Origin: Nitrospinaceae bacterium
GTDB taxonomy: Bacteria > Nitrospinota > Nitrospinia > Nitrospinales > Nitrospinaceae
Direction of reading: 5' to 3'
DNA length: 64,000 nucleotides
NCBI GenBank assembly: GCA_965237905.1
Contig: OZ250172.1
Span: 2,592,001 to 2,656,000 of the forward strand
Position 1 is the stretch's first letter, and the number at the start of each line of letters is the position of its first letter. The position numbers and the translations under genes were made by a program. This document shows, piece by piece, positions 9,098 to 19,518 of the stretch. The notes below the pieces were generated by a model. That model was not told the DNA's origin, did no database searches, and was given only the letters and a program-made list of their open reading frames with translations.

Positions 9098-9691
9098 TTA
9101 ATGGCCAGAATTCTTGGATAGGTTCTTATCCACAATTAGATATTTACCCTCATCGTCCAACCGCAAATGATCCTTGTTTTTCAACCACCAGTCAAACCAC
9201 TCTTTCGAGGTCATCTCTAATCCAGTTACCTCTTTTAAACTAGGAAAATAGTATTCTAATCTTTTGTAAATTTCTTCTTTGGGTCCCGGAGGCTTGTCTT
9301 TAAGACGTCGATCAACTCCCCTAAGCGCTCGGATCACCATCTCTTTATAGACATCCTCTTTGGCCTTCAAATCTGCTATCTCACTGAGAGGAAAAGCGAA
9401 ATGAGGCATCCCCCGGATACCATGCACAGCAATTTGGAACTGCCCACACAAATACTCTTCAGATTGATAAACATTTCTCAATCTTCCCTCAACCTTGCGT
9501 ATCCAATACCACCGGGGCTCTACCGGTATATAAAACTGCCGGGGGTCCGGGCAAGGCTTTTTTATTTCTTTTCCCGTTTCAGCGGGATATTTTTCGTCTT
9601 GCTTGGTGCCTTCCTGAGAGCAGGCGGAAAAAAACAAAGCCGTGGAAAAAATAAAAAGACTGGGGATTAATGGAAAAAATAGACGTGGCAT
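9098..9691 (-). CDS. Hypothetical lipoprotein
   Basis: Signal peptide with FSAC lipobox; AT-rich codons. Confidence 0.7.
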   Translation of the reverse strand: MPRLFFPLIPSLFIFSTALFFSACSQEGTKQDEKYPAETGKEIKKPCPDPRQFYIPVEPRWYWIRKVEGRLRNVYQSEEYLCGQFQIAVHGIRGMPHFAFPLSEIADLKAKEDVYKEMVIRALRGVDRRLKDKPPGPKEEIYKRLEYYFPSLKEVTGLEMTSKEWFDWWLKNKDHLRLDDEGKYLIVDKNLSKNSGH

Positions 9692-9849
9692 AACGTTAAT
9701 CCAAAAGTTTAATGGGTAGGTGCTTAAAATCAGGATAGGGGTTTAATACCGGATTTGCAATATGAGGAGAGTCAAAACGGACAAAAATTCAAAATGGATC
9801 GGGCTTTAGGAGGTGGTCTGAAATTTGGCGGAGCCAATGGGTAATCCGG

Positions 9850-11256
9850 TCAGGCTTTACCTTTCCAGCGCCGCACGTCTTTCAGGTATTTTTCCCGGTC
9901 CATGGTCAGGTCTGCGGGGAAGGTATCCATGAGGGGTTCCAGAGCCTGGTTGATTTTCTCGGACGGAAAATATTCCAGACTGCCGTTGGTGATGCGATAG
10001 ATATTATTAAAGGTCCGGTAGTTGCCGCACAGGGCAACATAATCCCAAGAGGTGGTCTTCTGAATCAACGCATAAAGTTCTGAAGAGGCAACCCCCTCGT
10101 ACAGGTTGATCTTGCCCAGGTCTCCCTTTTGAATGCGAAGCTCGGGCTGGCCGAAATCAATACTCCATACCTCTGACTCTCCCTGCCCGAACACTTCCAA
10201 CTGATACACCATCCGCCAGTGCTTCCAGCCTTGTAGAATCTCGCTTTTTAAGATTCGGTCCATGAACTGGTTTTCAATAAAATCCCGGATCACGTTCATT
10301 TCCTGTTCATGCTGTGCCGGATCGGTGGTTTGTGTTCTAATCGGTGACACCTCCAGAACCGGTTTGAAAGCCACCCGGTAGCTGTCATCCTCAACGGTTC
10401 GGACGAAATCCGAGCCTTGGGATTCCACACGGACTCCATTGGGTGTGATATGGGCGACATCCCCGGACAAAAAGGTACTGCTTTGGATCTCGGGACAGAA
10501 CTCTGAAAGATCGCTCAGAAACTGCTCCTGGGTAGTGGGAAAGGTGTAATGATTCATAAAGGCGAACTCGTCCCGGTAACGGAAGGCGGCCGAGCCGGGG
10601 ACCACAAACCGGGGCGACAGCGCCCGCATGGCGTTCAGGAACGAGCAATACTCGTCGAACGGCAGTATCACCGGTTTGTGATAAGTGAGGTTTCCTTCCA
10701 GCAAAGGCAGAAACCGCGAATGTGCCAAATCCACCCCGCCGTATAACTGGCTGATATGGTCGATAATTTCAGGGCTCACAATGGTGTCCACCTGGTTCCA
10801 GGCGGTCACCTGGCCATCGTGAACCAGCAGGCCGTGCTCCGGAAAATAATCCTGAGACGTGCTCGCCTGATTGAGCGAAGGGGTCGGGGTGATGATGACA
10901 TCCTTCACGGGGATCGGTTCGAAGTCGGCCAGGATCTCGATATTTTCAAATTCCAGTTCCTTGAGAACTTCCAGAACAATATCGTCGTTGGGAGCCATGA
11001 TGCGGACATCGGGTTTGAGGATGCGGTTGTTCCGCTTGAGATAGGCCAGGGTGCGCACATCAAAATGGTCCTGATGCCGATGCGACAGAAATAGAACGTC
11101 GACAGGAGGGATGGCGTCCTTGTTCAATTCGGTGCGGGGGCACAGCACATTGATCTCCTCCCACAAGTAATCGAACCAGACGGGGTCCGTCAGAATCGTC
11201 GTCTCCTTGGACTGTATGAGCAGGCTGGCATGCCCGACCAGGGTGGTTTTAAGCAT
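9850..11256 (-). CDS. MBL-fold metallo-hydrolase (UlaG-like, long)
   Basis: VGHASLLI, ILTDPVW, LSHRHQDH (HxHxDH). Confidence 0.85.
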   Translation of the reverse strand: MLKTTLVGHASLLIQSKETTILTDPVWFDYLWEEINVLCPRTELNKDAIPPVDVLFLSHRHQDHFDVRTLAYLKRNNRILKPDVRIMAPNDDIVLEVLKELEFENIEILADFEPIPVKDVIITPTPSLNQASTSQDYFPEHGLLVHDGQVTAWNQVDTIVSPEIIDHISQLYGGVDLAHSRFLPLLEGNLTYHKPVILPFDEYCSFLNAMRALSPRFVVPGSAAFRYRDEFAFMNHYTFPTTQEQFLSDLSEFCPEIQSSTFLSGDVAHITPNGVRVESQGSDFVRTVEDDSYRVAFKPVLEVSPIRTQTTDPAQHEQEMNVIRDFIENQFMDRILKSEILQGWKHWRMVYQLEVFGQGESEVWSIDFGQPELRIQKGDLGKINLYEGVASSELYALIQKTTSWDYVALCGNYRTFNNIYRITNGSLEYFPSEKINQALEPLMDTFPADLTMDREKYLKDVRRWKGKA

Positions 11257-11340
11257 TCATTTTTGACAGTTAGGGTTCAGAAGCAGGTAAGACTACCCGA
11301 AAGGAGGGCTTAATTCAAGTCTTGGGTCGTTTTATGAAAG

Positions 11341-11412
11341 TAGCCCCAAGGGGAATCGAACCCCTGTTTCCGCCGTGAGAGGGCGGCGTCCTAACCGCTA
11401 GACGATGGGGCC
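11341..11412 (-). tRNA. tRNA-Glu (anticodon CTC); CCA not encoded
   Basis: GGCCCCA..TGGGGCT acceptor stem, CCGCC-CTCTCAC-GGCGG anticodon arm, GGTTCGATTCC T arm. Confidence 0.95.
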
Positions 11413-11455
11413 ATAATCAATTTCAATGAAACGAAAGAAGGGCGTGCTCAATTTC

Positions 11456-11941
11456 TTAAAACCGGTCGCGATTCATAATGGGTGGTCCGCCGCCACCTTT
11501 CCGGTTCTTCTTCTTTTCTGTCCGGATGCGGTGCTCTTCCTCCAGGTCGCGCTTGTTGAGTCCGTGGACCTGGTAGACCATCAATAGGTAAGCGGGGACG
11601 GACATGGCGACCCAGGTAGCCATAAATTTACCAGCCGTGGAAGGCGGAGAGGAGTCGGCTCCCTGCTCTGCCCCCGTGAACATCATCGACATCGCCCAGA
11701 GCACCAGGCCAAAAACGATCCCCAACAAAGAGGAAACGGCCACCTTGTGCACCACCTCGTTGGGATACAAACCGCTGACGATGGGAAACTCGGTCACATA
11801 AGCCCCCAGCAGACCCAAAGTCGCCATGATGAACATGGCCCCCATCAGAAAATCGTTGGTGATGGCCACCGTTCCCACCAGGAGATACGTCGGTGCCCAT
11901 ATGCCGAGAATAAACGGATTGCGATAGATATTAACTGCCAT
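11456..11941 (-). CDS. Hypothetical membrane protein (about 4 TM)
   Basis: Hydrophobic segments and a charged C-terminal tail; lies between two tRNAs. Confidence 0.75.
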   Translation of the reverse strand: MAVNIYRNPFILGIWAPTYLLVGTVAITNDFLMGAMFIMATLGLLGAYVTEFPIVSGLYPNEVVHKVAVSSLLGIVFGLVLWAMSMMFTGAEQGADSSPPSTAGKFMATWVAMSVPAYLLMVYQVHGLNKRDLEEEHRIRTEKKKNRKGGGGPPIMNRDRF

Positions 11942-11968
11942 AATTTAACGTTCCCCAAAGAAAAAAAA

Positions 11969-12042
11969 TGGCTCGGGTACAGGGAGTCGAACCCCAACCT
12001 TCAGATCCAGAAACTGACGTCCTACCATTAGACAATACCCGA
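11969..12042 (-). tRNA. tRNA-Gln (anticodon CTG); CCA encoded
   Basis: TCGGGTA..TACCCGA-G-CCA acceptor stem, TT-CTG-GA loop, GGTTCGACTCC T arm. Confidence 0.93.
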
Positions 12043-12273
12043 ACGCTTTTCCCAATTCTATGGGGATTGCCGCCCGGATTCAACCTAAATTGACATTGGC
12101 CGGCGAGCATATTACAACACAGAGCCGGAGCCCTGTAAAGAACCGGGACCGGGCAAGGCCCGGAGCCAATGCGCTGAGGCGTGATTGCGATTTTTTTGTG
12201 CAGCTTTCGCCATCCGGGGTTCTTGTCATCTGTGGCGGTTCGCCGCCAGAAACCTGATTCGAATGGACCTGAT

Positions 12274-12849
12274 ATGCGCGTGATCGGCGGTACCGCGAAA
12301 AGCACTCCACTGGCAAGTCTCAAGGGGGCGAAGGTGAGGCCGACCCTCGACCGGGTGCGGGAATCGCTGTTCAATCAGATCGCCGGGGAGATCGCGGGCG
12401 CCTGTTTCCTGGACCTGTTCGCCGGGTCCGGGGCCATCGGCATCGAGGCCCTCAGCCGGGGCGCGGAGGAGGTGGTGTTTGTGGAACTCAATTCCAAAGC
12501 CCAGGCCATTATCTACCAGAATCTGGCCAAATGCCGGTTTCTGGATTCCGAAAGCGAGGAGAAAAAGTCGAAAAACTGGATTCTGCTCAAATCCAATGCT
12601 CTGCATGCCCTCAAGCTACTGGCGGAGCGTCACCATCAATTCGATCTGGTGTACGTCGATCCGCCCTACGCCGACGGCCTGTATGAGGAAACCCTGACGG
12701 CGCTGGCGCATTCCCACCTGCTTGCGGAATCGGCGCAGGTGATCGCCGAACACCATCACAAAACGGCTTTGCAGGAAAATTATGATAAACTGAGCCTTAC
12801 CAAAACCCGGCAAATCGGCGATACTTGTTTGTCGTTTTACGAACTTTAA
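12274..12849 (+). CDS. rsmD: 16S rRNA (guanine(966)-N2)-methyltransferase
   Basis: MRVIGG, RPTLDRVRESLFN, LDLFAGSGAIGIEALSRGA, DPPY. Confidence 0.93.
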   Translation: MRVIGGTAKSTPLASLKGAKVRPTLDRVRESLFNQIAGEIAGACFLDLFAGSGAIGIEALSRGAEEVVFVELNSKAQAIIYQNLAKCRFLDSESEEKKSKNWILLKSNALHALKLLAERHHQFDLVYVDPPYADGLYEETLTALAHSHLLAESAQVIAEHHHKTALQENYDKLSLTKTRQIGDTCLSFYEL

Positions 12850-12853
12850 TGAT

Positions 12854-12991
12854 GTCATCCTGAACTGGTTGAAGGGTGACAGGAAACCAAGATATATTAA
12901 CCACAGATGAACACCGATAGAACCTATATATCTATCCGGTTTTATCCTGTCAAAATTTTTTATGTCGTGCTTCGACAGGCTCGGCATGACA
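12854..12991. repeat. Cluster of REP-like repeats between rsmD and mnmA
   Basis: GTCATCCTGAAC..GAAGGGTGACA, TTAACCACAGATGAACAC and CTTCGACAGGCTCGGCATGACA. Confidence 0.7.
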
Positions 12992-13000
12992 ATTAATATA

Positions 13001-14089
13001 ATGAACGTATCCATTCCAAAAGACAAAAAGATCGTCATTGCTATGAGCGGCGGGGTGGACAGCTCCGTCGCTGCGGCCCTGCTCAAGGAGCAGGGTTACG
13101 ACCTTATCGGCGTCTCGCTCCAGCTGTGGAATTACAGCTGGGATACGGACCAGCGTTTCGGCACCTGCTGTTCGCTCGACGATCTGGCCGATGCCCGCCG
13201 CGTGGCGGAGAAGGTCGGTATTCCGCATTACATCGTGAATCTCGAAAAGGAATTCCGCAAGGAAGTCGTCGACTATTTCGTCTCGGAATACATGCAGGCG
13301 CGTACGCCCATCCCCTGCACCGCCTGCAACAAGAAGCTCAAGTTCGACGAGCTGATGAACAAGGCGCAGATTTACGGCTACGATTACGTTGCCACTGGAC
13401 ACTACGCTTCCATCGTTCAGGATGAAGCAGGACGCTACACTGTGAAGCGCGGTCAGGACCGGAACAAGGATCAGAGTTACTTCCTGTTCAACCTGTCGCA
13501 GGAGCAGTTGGCGCAGAGTTTGTTCCCGCTGGGAGAAATGGATAAGCCGGAGGTACGGCGGCTGGCGGAATCGATCGGCCTCAACGTCGCCGGCAAGTCG
13601 GAGTCGCACGAAATCTGTTTTATCCCCGACAACGATTATGCCGGGTTCATCGCCGGGCAGGTGGATAAGGAAGCTTTTCAGCCGGGCAACATCGTCACCG
13701 CCGGTGGGGAGGTGCTGGGCACGCACAAGGGCTACCCCGCCTTCACCATCGGTCAGCGTAAAGGACTCAACCTCGGCGGATTATCGGAGCCGTATTATGT
13801 GACGGCGATCAGTTCGGTGAAAAACGAAATCACCGCCGGGCCCAAAAACGATCTGTTCCGGGAAGAGTTCACCGTTAGTGATGTGAGCTGGTACCTCGAC
13901 CACTGTGAACCGTTCGAAGCGGAAGTGCAGATTCGGTATCGTCACCGGGCGGTGGAATCGGTAGTGACGCCGCTTCCTAATGGACGCGCCCGCATTCAGA
14001 TGAGTATGCCTCAGCCCGCCGTAGCTCCCGGCCAGTCGGCGGTGTTCTACAAGGACGACTGTATCATAGGCGGGGGCTGGATCGAATGA
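13001..14089 (+). CDS. mnmA: tRNA 2-thiouridine(34) synthase
   Basis: AMSGGVDSSVAA, TPIPCTACN, ATGHY, KDQSYFL, TIGQRKGL, PGQSAVFY. Confidence 0.95.
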   Translation: MNVSIPKDKKIVIAMSGGVDSSVAAALLKEQGYDLIGVSLQLWNYSWDTDQRFGTCCSLDDLADARRVAEKVGIPHYIVNLEKEFRKEVVDYFVSEYMQARTPIPCTACNKKLKFDELMNKAQIYGYDYVATGHYASIVQDEAGRYTVKRGQDRNKDQSYFLFNLSQEQLAQSLFPLGEMDKPEVRRLAESIGLNVAGKSESHEICFIPDNDYAGFIAGQVDKEAFQPGNIVTAGGEVLGTHKGYPAFTIGQRKGLNLGGLSEPYYVTAISSVKNEITAGPKNDLFREEFTVSDVSWYLDHCEPFEAEVQIRYRHRAVESVVTPLPNGRARIQMSMPQPAVAPGQSAVFYKDDCIIGGGWIE

Positions 14090-14862
14090 GCGACACCCCG
14101 CTCGAGGTCGCGGTGGAGGCGGCCCGCGCGGCGGGGCGCATCCTGAAAGAACGGGCCGACCGCGTCGGCAAAATCCAATACAAAGGTGAAATAGACCCTG
14201 TTACCGAAATTGACCTGCTGTGCGAACAGGAAGTCATCGGTCGAATCCAGAAAGCGTTCCCAAGTCACGCGTTTCTTGCCGAGGAGTCCGGCGCGACGGA
14301 AGGCGACGCCGATCATCTGTGGGTCATCGATCCACTCGACGGCACGGTGAACTATGCGCATGGCTATCCTTGTTACTGTGTGTCGATCGGCTACCAGTGC
14401 AAGGGCGAAGTGCTGGCGGGCGTGGTCTACAACCCCTGTCTCGACGAATTGTTCGTCGCCGGGAAAGGGCAGGGCGCGACCCTCAACGGCAAACCGATTA
14501 CCGTTTCCACCACTACCGAATTGAAACAGAGCCTGCTGGCAACGGGGTTTCCCTACGATATCAACGAATCAGCCGACAACAACCTCGATCACTTCCGGAA
14601 TTTCATCACGGCGTGCCAGGCAATACGACGTCCGGGATCGGCGGCGATGGATTTGTGTTACACGGCGATGGGCCGGTTCGAGGGGTTCTGGGAATTGAAA
14701 CTGCATCCGTGGGATTACGCGGCGGGCTGGCTGATGGTCGAAGAAGCCGGCGGAAAAATGACGCGCTTCGACGGCTCCCCGTTTCAAATGGGCGACCGCT
14801 CCATCCTCGCCTCCAACGGCCATATCCACCAAGCCATGGTCGATGTGTTGATGAAACGCTAA
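14086..14862 (+). CDS. suhB: Inositol monophosphatase family protein
   Basis: WVIDPLDGTVNYAHG, GSAAMDLC, WDYAAG. Confidence 0.92.
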   Translation: MSDTPLEVAVEAARAAGRILKERADRVGKIQYKGEIDPVTEIDLLCEQEVIGRIQKAFPSHAFLAEESGATEGDADHLWVIDPLDGTVNYAHGYPCYCVSIGYQCKGEVLAGVVYNPCLDELFVAGKGQGATLNGKPITVSTTTELKQSLLATGFPYDINESADNNLDHFRNFITACQAIRRPGSAAMDLCYTAMGRFEGFWELKLHPWDYAAGWLMVEEAGGKMTRFDGSPFQMGDRSILASNGHIHQAMVDVLMKR

Positions 14863-14870
14863 AGCTTTAT

Positions 14871-16817
14871 TTATTCCAAGGTCGGTTTGAGGAGGTAGGT
14901 GTAGCCGGCCAAGCCTGCTTTGTAGAGGGTGAGGAAGCGGTCGGCTTCGTCCTGGCTGATGGTGCCTTTTTGAACGCTGTGGATGAGAAATCCCGCCATG
15001 CGTCCCGCCAGTTCGTCGGCGCGGAACGAAACGTAATCGAGCACGTCGGCCACGTTTTCGCCTTCGATGATCTGCTCGTACTTCAGCGAGCCGTCCTTGT
15101 TCATCGAAATATGAACGGTGTTGGTGTCGCCGAACAGGTTGTGCAGGTCGCCCAAAATTTCCTGGTACGCGCCGGTCAGGAAGATGCCGATGCGGTACGG
15201 TTCGCCCGGTTGCACCGGGTGCAGAGGCAGAGTCGGTTCGGTATTTTGCGAGCCGATAAACCCGTCGATGATGCCGTCGGAGTCGCACGTCAGGTCCATC
15301 AACGTGCCCTGCCGGACCGGTTCCTGATGGAGTCTCTGGATCGGTGCAATGGGAAAGACCTGGTCGATGGCCCAAGAGTCGGGCAGGGATTGAAACACGG
15401 AAAAGTTGCAGAAATATTTATCCGCCATTTTCTGCGGCAGATTTTTGAGTTCGTCAGGCATGTATTTGAGGCGCGCGGCCATATCCTGAATCTTGCGGCA
15501 GATGCCCCAGTACAACTGGTCCGCTTGTGCCCGGTCCTTCAGCGAAATCAGCCCCATGAAAAACTGGTTCTGCGCCTGCTCTTTGAGGTCCGCCGCGTCG
15601 TGCCAGGATTCAATGATGTTTTTGTTGGACGCCTGCTTCCAGACGTAGTGCAGATCCTGCACCACCGTGGGGGCCTCGTCGCTGATACTCAGATCGCGAT
15701 CCAGATCGGGAAAGGAAGCGACGTCCAGCACGTTGAACACGAGCATGGAGTGATAGGCGGTCAACGCCCGTCCCGATTCGGAAATGATATTGGGATGCGG
15801 CAGTTTTTCCTCTTGGCAGATTTCATACAGATGGTAGACCACGTCATTGGCGTATTCCTGCACCGTATAGTTGGCGCTGGAAGCGAACGTGGAGCGGGAG
15901 CCGTCGTAATCCACCCCCAGCCCGCCGCCGACGTCGATGAATTCGATGTTGCATCCCTGTTGCATCAATTCGGCATAGTAGCGGCAGACTTCCTTGAGGC
16001 TGGTTTTGATGCGGCGGATGTTGGTGATCTGGCTTCCCAGATGAAAATGGATCAGCCGGATGCAATCCTTGATGTTCTCTTGCTCGGCAATCTCCAGAGC
16101 TTCCACCAGTTCGATCGGGCTCAGGCCGAATTTGGAGTATTCGCCGCCGGAAGAAGCCCAGCGGCCCGATCCGGCGCTGACCAGCTTGATGCGCAGACCG
16201 ATGTTGGGCCGGATATCGAGTTCTTTTGAGACGCGGACGATGGTTTTCAATTCCGACAGGCGTTCCACCACGATGAACACTTTTTTGCCCAGCTTTTGAC
16301 CCATCAGCGCCAGCCGGATGAATGCCTCGTCCTTGTAGCCGTTACAGATCAGCAAGGCTTCCGGATTGTCCATGATGGCGAGGATGGCATGCAGTTCCGG
16401 TTTGGAACCGGCTTCCAGTCCGATGTTGTAGGGGCGGCCGAATTTTACAATTTCTTCGACGACCTGCCTCTGCTGGTTGACCTTGATCGGGTACACGCCA
16501 TGATAGGTTCCTTTATACTGGTTTTCCTGGGAGGCTTTTTGGAAGGCCTCGGCCAATCCGGCGATGCTGGATTTGAGAATGTCCGAAAATCGGATCAGAA
16601 CCGGGAGCGAATAACCCTTCGATTGGATATCATCCACCAGACGTTTCAGGTCGATGGAATGCCGGCTGGATTTGTCGGGGCGGACGACCATATGGCCTTC
16701 CTCGTTGATGCCGAAATATCCCGCACCCCATCCTTCGATGTTGTACAGTTCCAGGGATTTTTCGACGGTCCATTTTTGCATACGAATTTTCCGGGTAATG
16801 AAGGTTGATATTGCCAC
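14871..16817 (-). CDS. speA: Biosynthetic arginine decarboxylase (start possibly 16781)
   Basis: YPIKVNQQ, GLEAGSKPEL, SKFGL, DVGGGLGVDYDG, TCDSDG, GAYQEILG. Confidence 0.95.
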   Translation of the reverse strand: MAISTFITRKIRMQKWTVEKSLELYNIEGWGAGYFGINEEGHMVVRPDKSSRHSIDLKRLVDDIQSKGYSLPVLIRFSDILKSSIAGLAEAFQKASQENQYKGTYHGVYPIKVNQQRQVVEEIVKFGRPYNIGLEAGSKPELHAILAIMDNPEALLICNGYKDEAFIRLALMGQKLGKKVFIVVERLSELKTIVRVSKELDIRPNIGLRIKLVSAGSGRWASSGGEYSKFGLSPIELVEALEIAEQENIKDCIRLIHFHLGSQITNIRRIKTSLKEVCRYYAELMQQGCNIEFIDVGGGLGVDYDGSRSTFASSANYTVQEYANDVVYHLYEICQEEKLPHPNIISESGRALTAYHSMLVFNVLDVASFPDLDRDLSISDEAPTVVQDLHYVWKQASNKNIIESWHDAADLKEQAQNQFFMGLISLKDRAQADQLYWGICRKIQDMAARLKYMPDELKNLPQKMADKYFCNFSVFQSLPDSWAIDQVFPIAPIQRLHQEPVRQGTLMDLTCDSDGIIDGFIGSQNTEPTLPLHPVQPGEPYRIGIFLTGAYQEILGDLHNLFGDTNTVHISMNKDGSLKYEQIIEGENVADVLDYVSFRADELAGRMAGFLIHSVQKGTISQDEADRFLTLYKAGLAGYTYLLKPTLE

Positions 16818-16998
16818 TCTGGGAAAGGATATTTTACCGTTCGTTTCATTTAAATGAGATTACGGGAAAATGTCAAACAAAAATCGAAGGTCTTAAAAAG
16901 AAAGGCTTTTTCTGGGGAATCAATTACATTTCCCAGGGGAAGCAATGTATGATATAAAATTCCGAATTTTGCAACTGATCGTTTTTTCAGGAACATAA

Positions 16999-18234
16999 AT
17001 GAACATCGAAAAAGTGGATGTCCGGGACATTGCCAAACAGTTCGGCACCCCGGTCTATGTCTATAGTTTGAGTATTCTCCGCAAATCCATTGCGGAAGTC
17101 CTGCCGTTGTCGCCGGTGGTCCGTTTTTCCATGAAGGCCTGCTCCAATACCAGGATTCTTCACGAAATGCTGAAATCCGGAATCAAGATCGACGCGGTGA
17201 GTATTCCCGAAATTCAAAGAGCCCTCAAGGCCGGGTATCCCTCCGAGGATATCTGCCTGACCAGCGATGTCTTTTTTAATTCCGGGGAGGCTGAGTTTTG
17301 TCTGAAGAACAATATTTTCTGCTCCTGCGGTTCGTTAGGCATGCTGGAGGAATATGGAGAAACCCGCAAGCGGCTGGGCCTTGGATCGGACGGCGTGTCC
17401 ATTCGTATCAATCCCGGTGAAGGGGCAGGGCACTCCAAAAAAACCAATACTGGCGGGCCCTACAGCAAACATGGCATTTGGTACGAAAACCTGGATGAGG
17501 CCAAAGCCATCGCCAAAAAATACGATCTTAAGATTACCGGGGTGCATACCCACATCGGTTCCGGTGGGGATATGGAACATCTCAGCCGTATCTCCGGCAA
17601 GCTGGTCGACTTCGCCAAACAGTTCCCGGACTTGGAAATCGTCAATTTCGGCGGTGGCCTGCCCTATGAATATGATCCGGACAAGCCTCAAGTGGCCATC
17701 GGCGATTACCAACCCATTCTCAAGGAACGCACTCAGGAGTTGGAAAAACATTTCGGTCGTCCCATCACCTGTGAAATCGAACCGGGCCGGAGATTCGTCG
17801 CCGGGTGCGGTTTTCTGATTGGGGAGGTGCGGTCCCTCAACCATACCTTCGATGAAAATAAAAAGCGGCTGGATTATGTGCTGACCAATGTCGGGTTTTG
17901 CCACCTGCTCCGGCCCATGGCGTATGGTTCTTACCATCCCATTTGGTTTGCCGGGGACGGCCTGGGCAAAGAAACCGACGTCATTGTCGCGGGACCGGTT
18001 TGCGAATCCGGCGACGTGTTGACCCAGAAAAACGAAGAACCGGTACCGCGCCGGCTACCCCTTCCCAAGCGCGGCAACTTGATCGTGATCGGGGGTGCGG
18101 GGGCTTACGGACACGTCATGTCCTCCAACTACAATTCCCAGCCGTTGATTCCGGAAGTGATGGTGGAGGGTGACCAGATGACCTTGATCCGCCGACGGCA
18201 AACATTGGATGATGTGATTCGGGAAGAAGAGTAA
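16999..18234 (+). CDS. lysA: Diaminopimelate decarboxylase
   Basis: FGTPVYVY, FSMKACSN, HTHIGSG, EPGR, GPVCESGD, AGAYGHVMSSNYN. Confidence 0.9.
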   Translation: MNIEKVDVRDIAKQFGTPVYVYSLSILRKSIAEVLPLSPVVRFSMKACSNTRILHEMLKSGIKIDAVSIPEIQRALKAGYPSEDICLTSDVFFNSGEAEFCLKNNIFCSCGSLGMLEEYGETRKRLGLGSDGVSIRINPGEGAGHSKKTNTGGPYSKHGIWYENLDEAKAIAKKYDLKITGVHTHIGSGGDMEHLSRISGKLVDFAKQFPDLEIVNFGGGLPYEYDPDKPQVAIGDYQPILKERTQELEKHFGRPITCEIEPGRRFVAGCGFLIGEVRSLNHTFDENKKRLDYVLTNVGFCHLLRPMAYGSYHPIWFAGDGLGKETDVIVAGPVCESGDVLTQKNEEPVPRRLPLPKRGNLIVIGGAGAYGHVMSSNYNSQPLIPEVMVEGDQMTLIRRRQTLDDVIREEE

Positions 18235-18256
18235 GAGGAAAATCAGCAGGTATATA

Positions 18257-19225
18257 TTAAACCCCCTGGCGCATAAAGCGGTCAGGGGGATTGTTTTCTA
18301 GAAGAGTTAAACCCCGGATAAGGTTGATTTGGAGTTTTGGAACTTTACGACCACCGAACCGCTTCCTGAAAAAGGCGCCAAAGGTCCCCAAAGCGATCAA
18401 AACAGGTATCAGCAACTTTTTGCCGAGGGCCATCAACCCGGCATAGAGCGCCGCCAGGCCCACTTTCTGCGGGTTGCCGCCGGCGGTAACCGCCACCAGA
18501 CTGGCGACACCGAACGCCGCCATTTGATCCCCTAATGAATAGTCCGCGTACCGGTGACCTTCATTGAATTTATATTGGTCCACGAGGAATGCCATCGCAT
18601 CCATGGACTTCAGGTAATTGTCGTAGGAGCTGACCCAGGTGATTTTTTCGTAACCTTTGCGTCCCAGCTTGATGGAAACGGCGTTGACCGTTGTTTCCTC
18701 ACCATCGATGACGTCGAACACCCAGGACACGGAATGGTTGTCTTCGTTCAGGCGGGGTTTTTGAAGCCAGCCGCCGATTCTCAAAGGGGGAGTATTGTGT
18801 TTGGCTCTTTCCGTATTGATCTTTTTTGCATTGTCGGAAATCTCCTGCATCAGGATATTGGCATCCAGATCCTCCCAGTTTTCCAGCGAGACATAGCCGT
18901 CGGGGTAGTAGTTTAAAATCAACTGGACTCCGGTATTATGATTGAAGACCAAGGCTTCCGTATTTGGGTCTTCTTCCGCCCCCTGAATGATATGGTCATA
19001 ATGACGGGCGGCATCTCCCATGAGCAGGGAGTATCCCTTGGTAAGTTTAAAAGTGCTGCTCGACGAGTCTAGGGAATACTGTTTCAGTTCATATTTCCAG
19101 GGCAGGCTGATGATCTCTTCGTTGATGGCTTGCTGAGTGGCCGGAATAGCCGGGTTCACCGCCTGAGCCACCGAGGCCATGCTTAAGATCATCCATACCG
19201 CTATCAGGGTATATAGATTTTTCAT
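18257..19225 (-). CDS. DUF2167-like membrane-anchored protein
   Basis: Signal peptide; DGYVSLENW, GWLQKPR, KLGRKG, FNEGHRYADY..GDQMAAFGVASLVA. Confidence 0.75.
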   Translation of the reverse strand: MKNLYTLIAVWMILSMASVAQAVNPAIPATQQAINEEIISLPWKYELKQYSLDSSSSTFKLTKGYSLLMGDAARHYDHIIQGAEEDPNTEALVFNHNTGVQLILNYYPDGYVSLENWEDLDANILMQEISDNAKKINTERAKHNTPPLRIGGWLQKPRLNEDNHSVSWVFDVIDGEETTVNAVSIKLGRKGYEKITWVSSYDNYLKSMDAMAFLVDQYKFNEGHRYADYSLGDQMAAFGVASLVAVTAGGNPQKVGLAALYAGLMALGKKLLIPVLIALGTFGAFFRKRFGGRKVPKLQINLIRGLTLLENNPPDRFMRQGV

Positions 19226-19518
19226 ACTGTGAACCCTCATGGGAATTTCCAATCAAGTGTTTCCCTGAATCAAACTTTGCCAAAGGTTAAAAATTATTAG
19301 CCTGATCTCTTCTATATTCGTGGAATTCTTCGGAATTTCAAGCAGAAAATTGGTATTTTTATCAATAAAATCAACTAGTTAAGAATTACATGGAAATCCG
19401 CGAATGTAACCGGTTGGTGGGGGTGATGGGAAAGAATTTGATATAGGCGAGGATGGGGGAAATGATACCCCCCATCAAAATCCCCGTCGGCTTGGGGTAT
19501 TGTGGGGTATTGGCTTCG

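Noticed and set aside
11341..11412. tRNA-anchored genomic island
   Set aside because: No duplicated tRNA 3' end or adjacent integrase found
14220..16229. 669 aa plus-strand ORF
   Set aside because: Shadow ORF overlapping suhB out of frame and antisense to speA; no protein-like motifs
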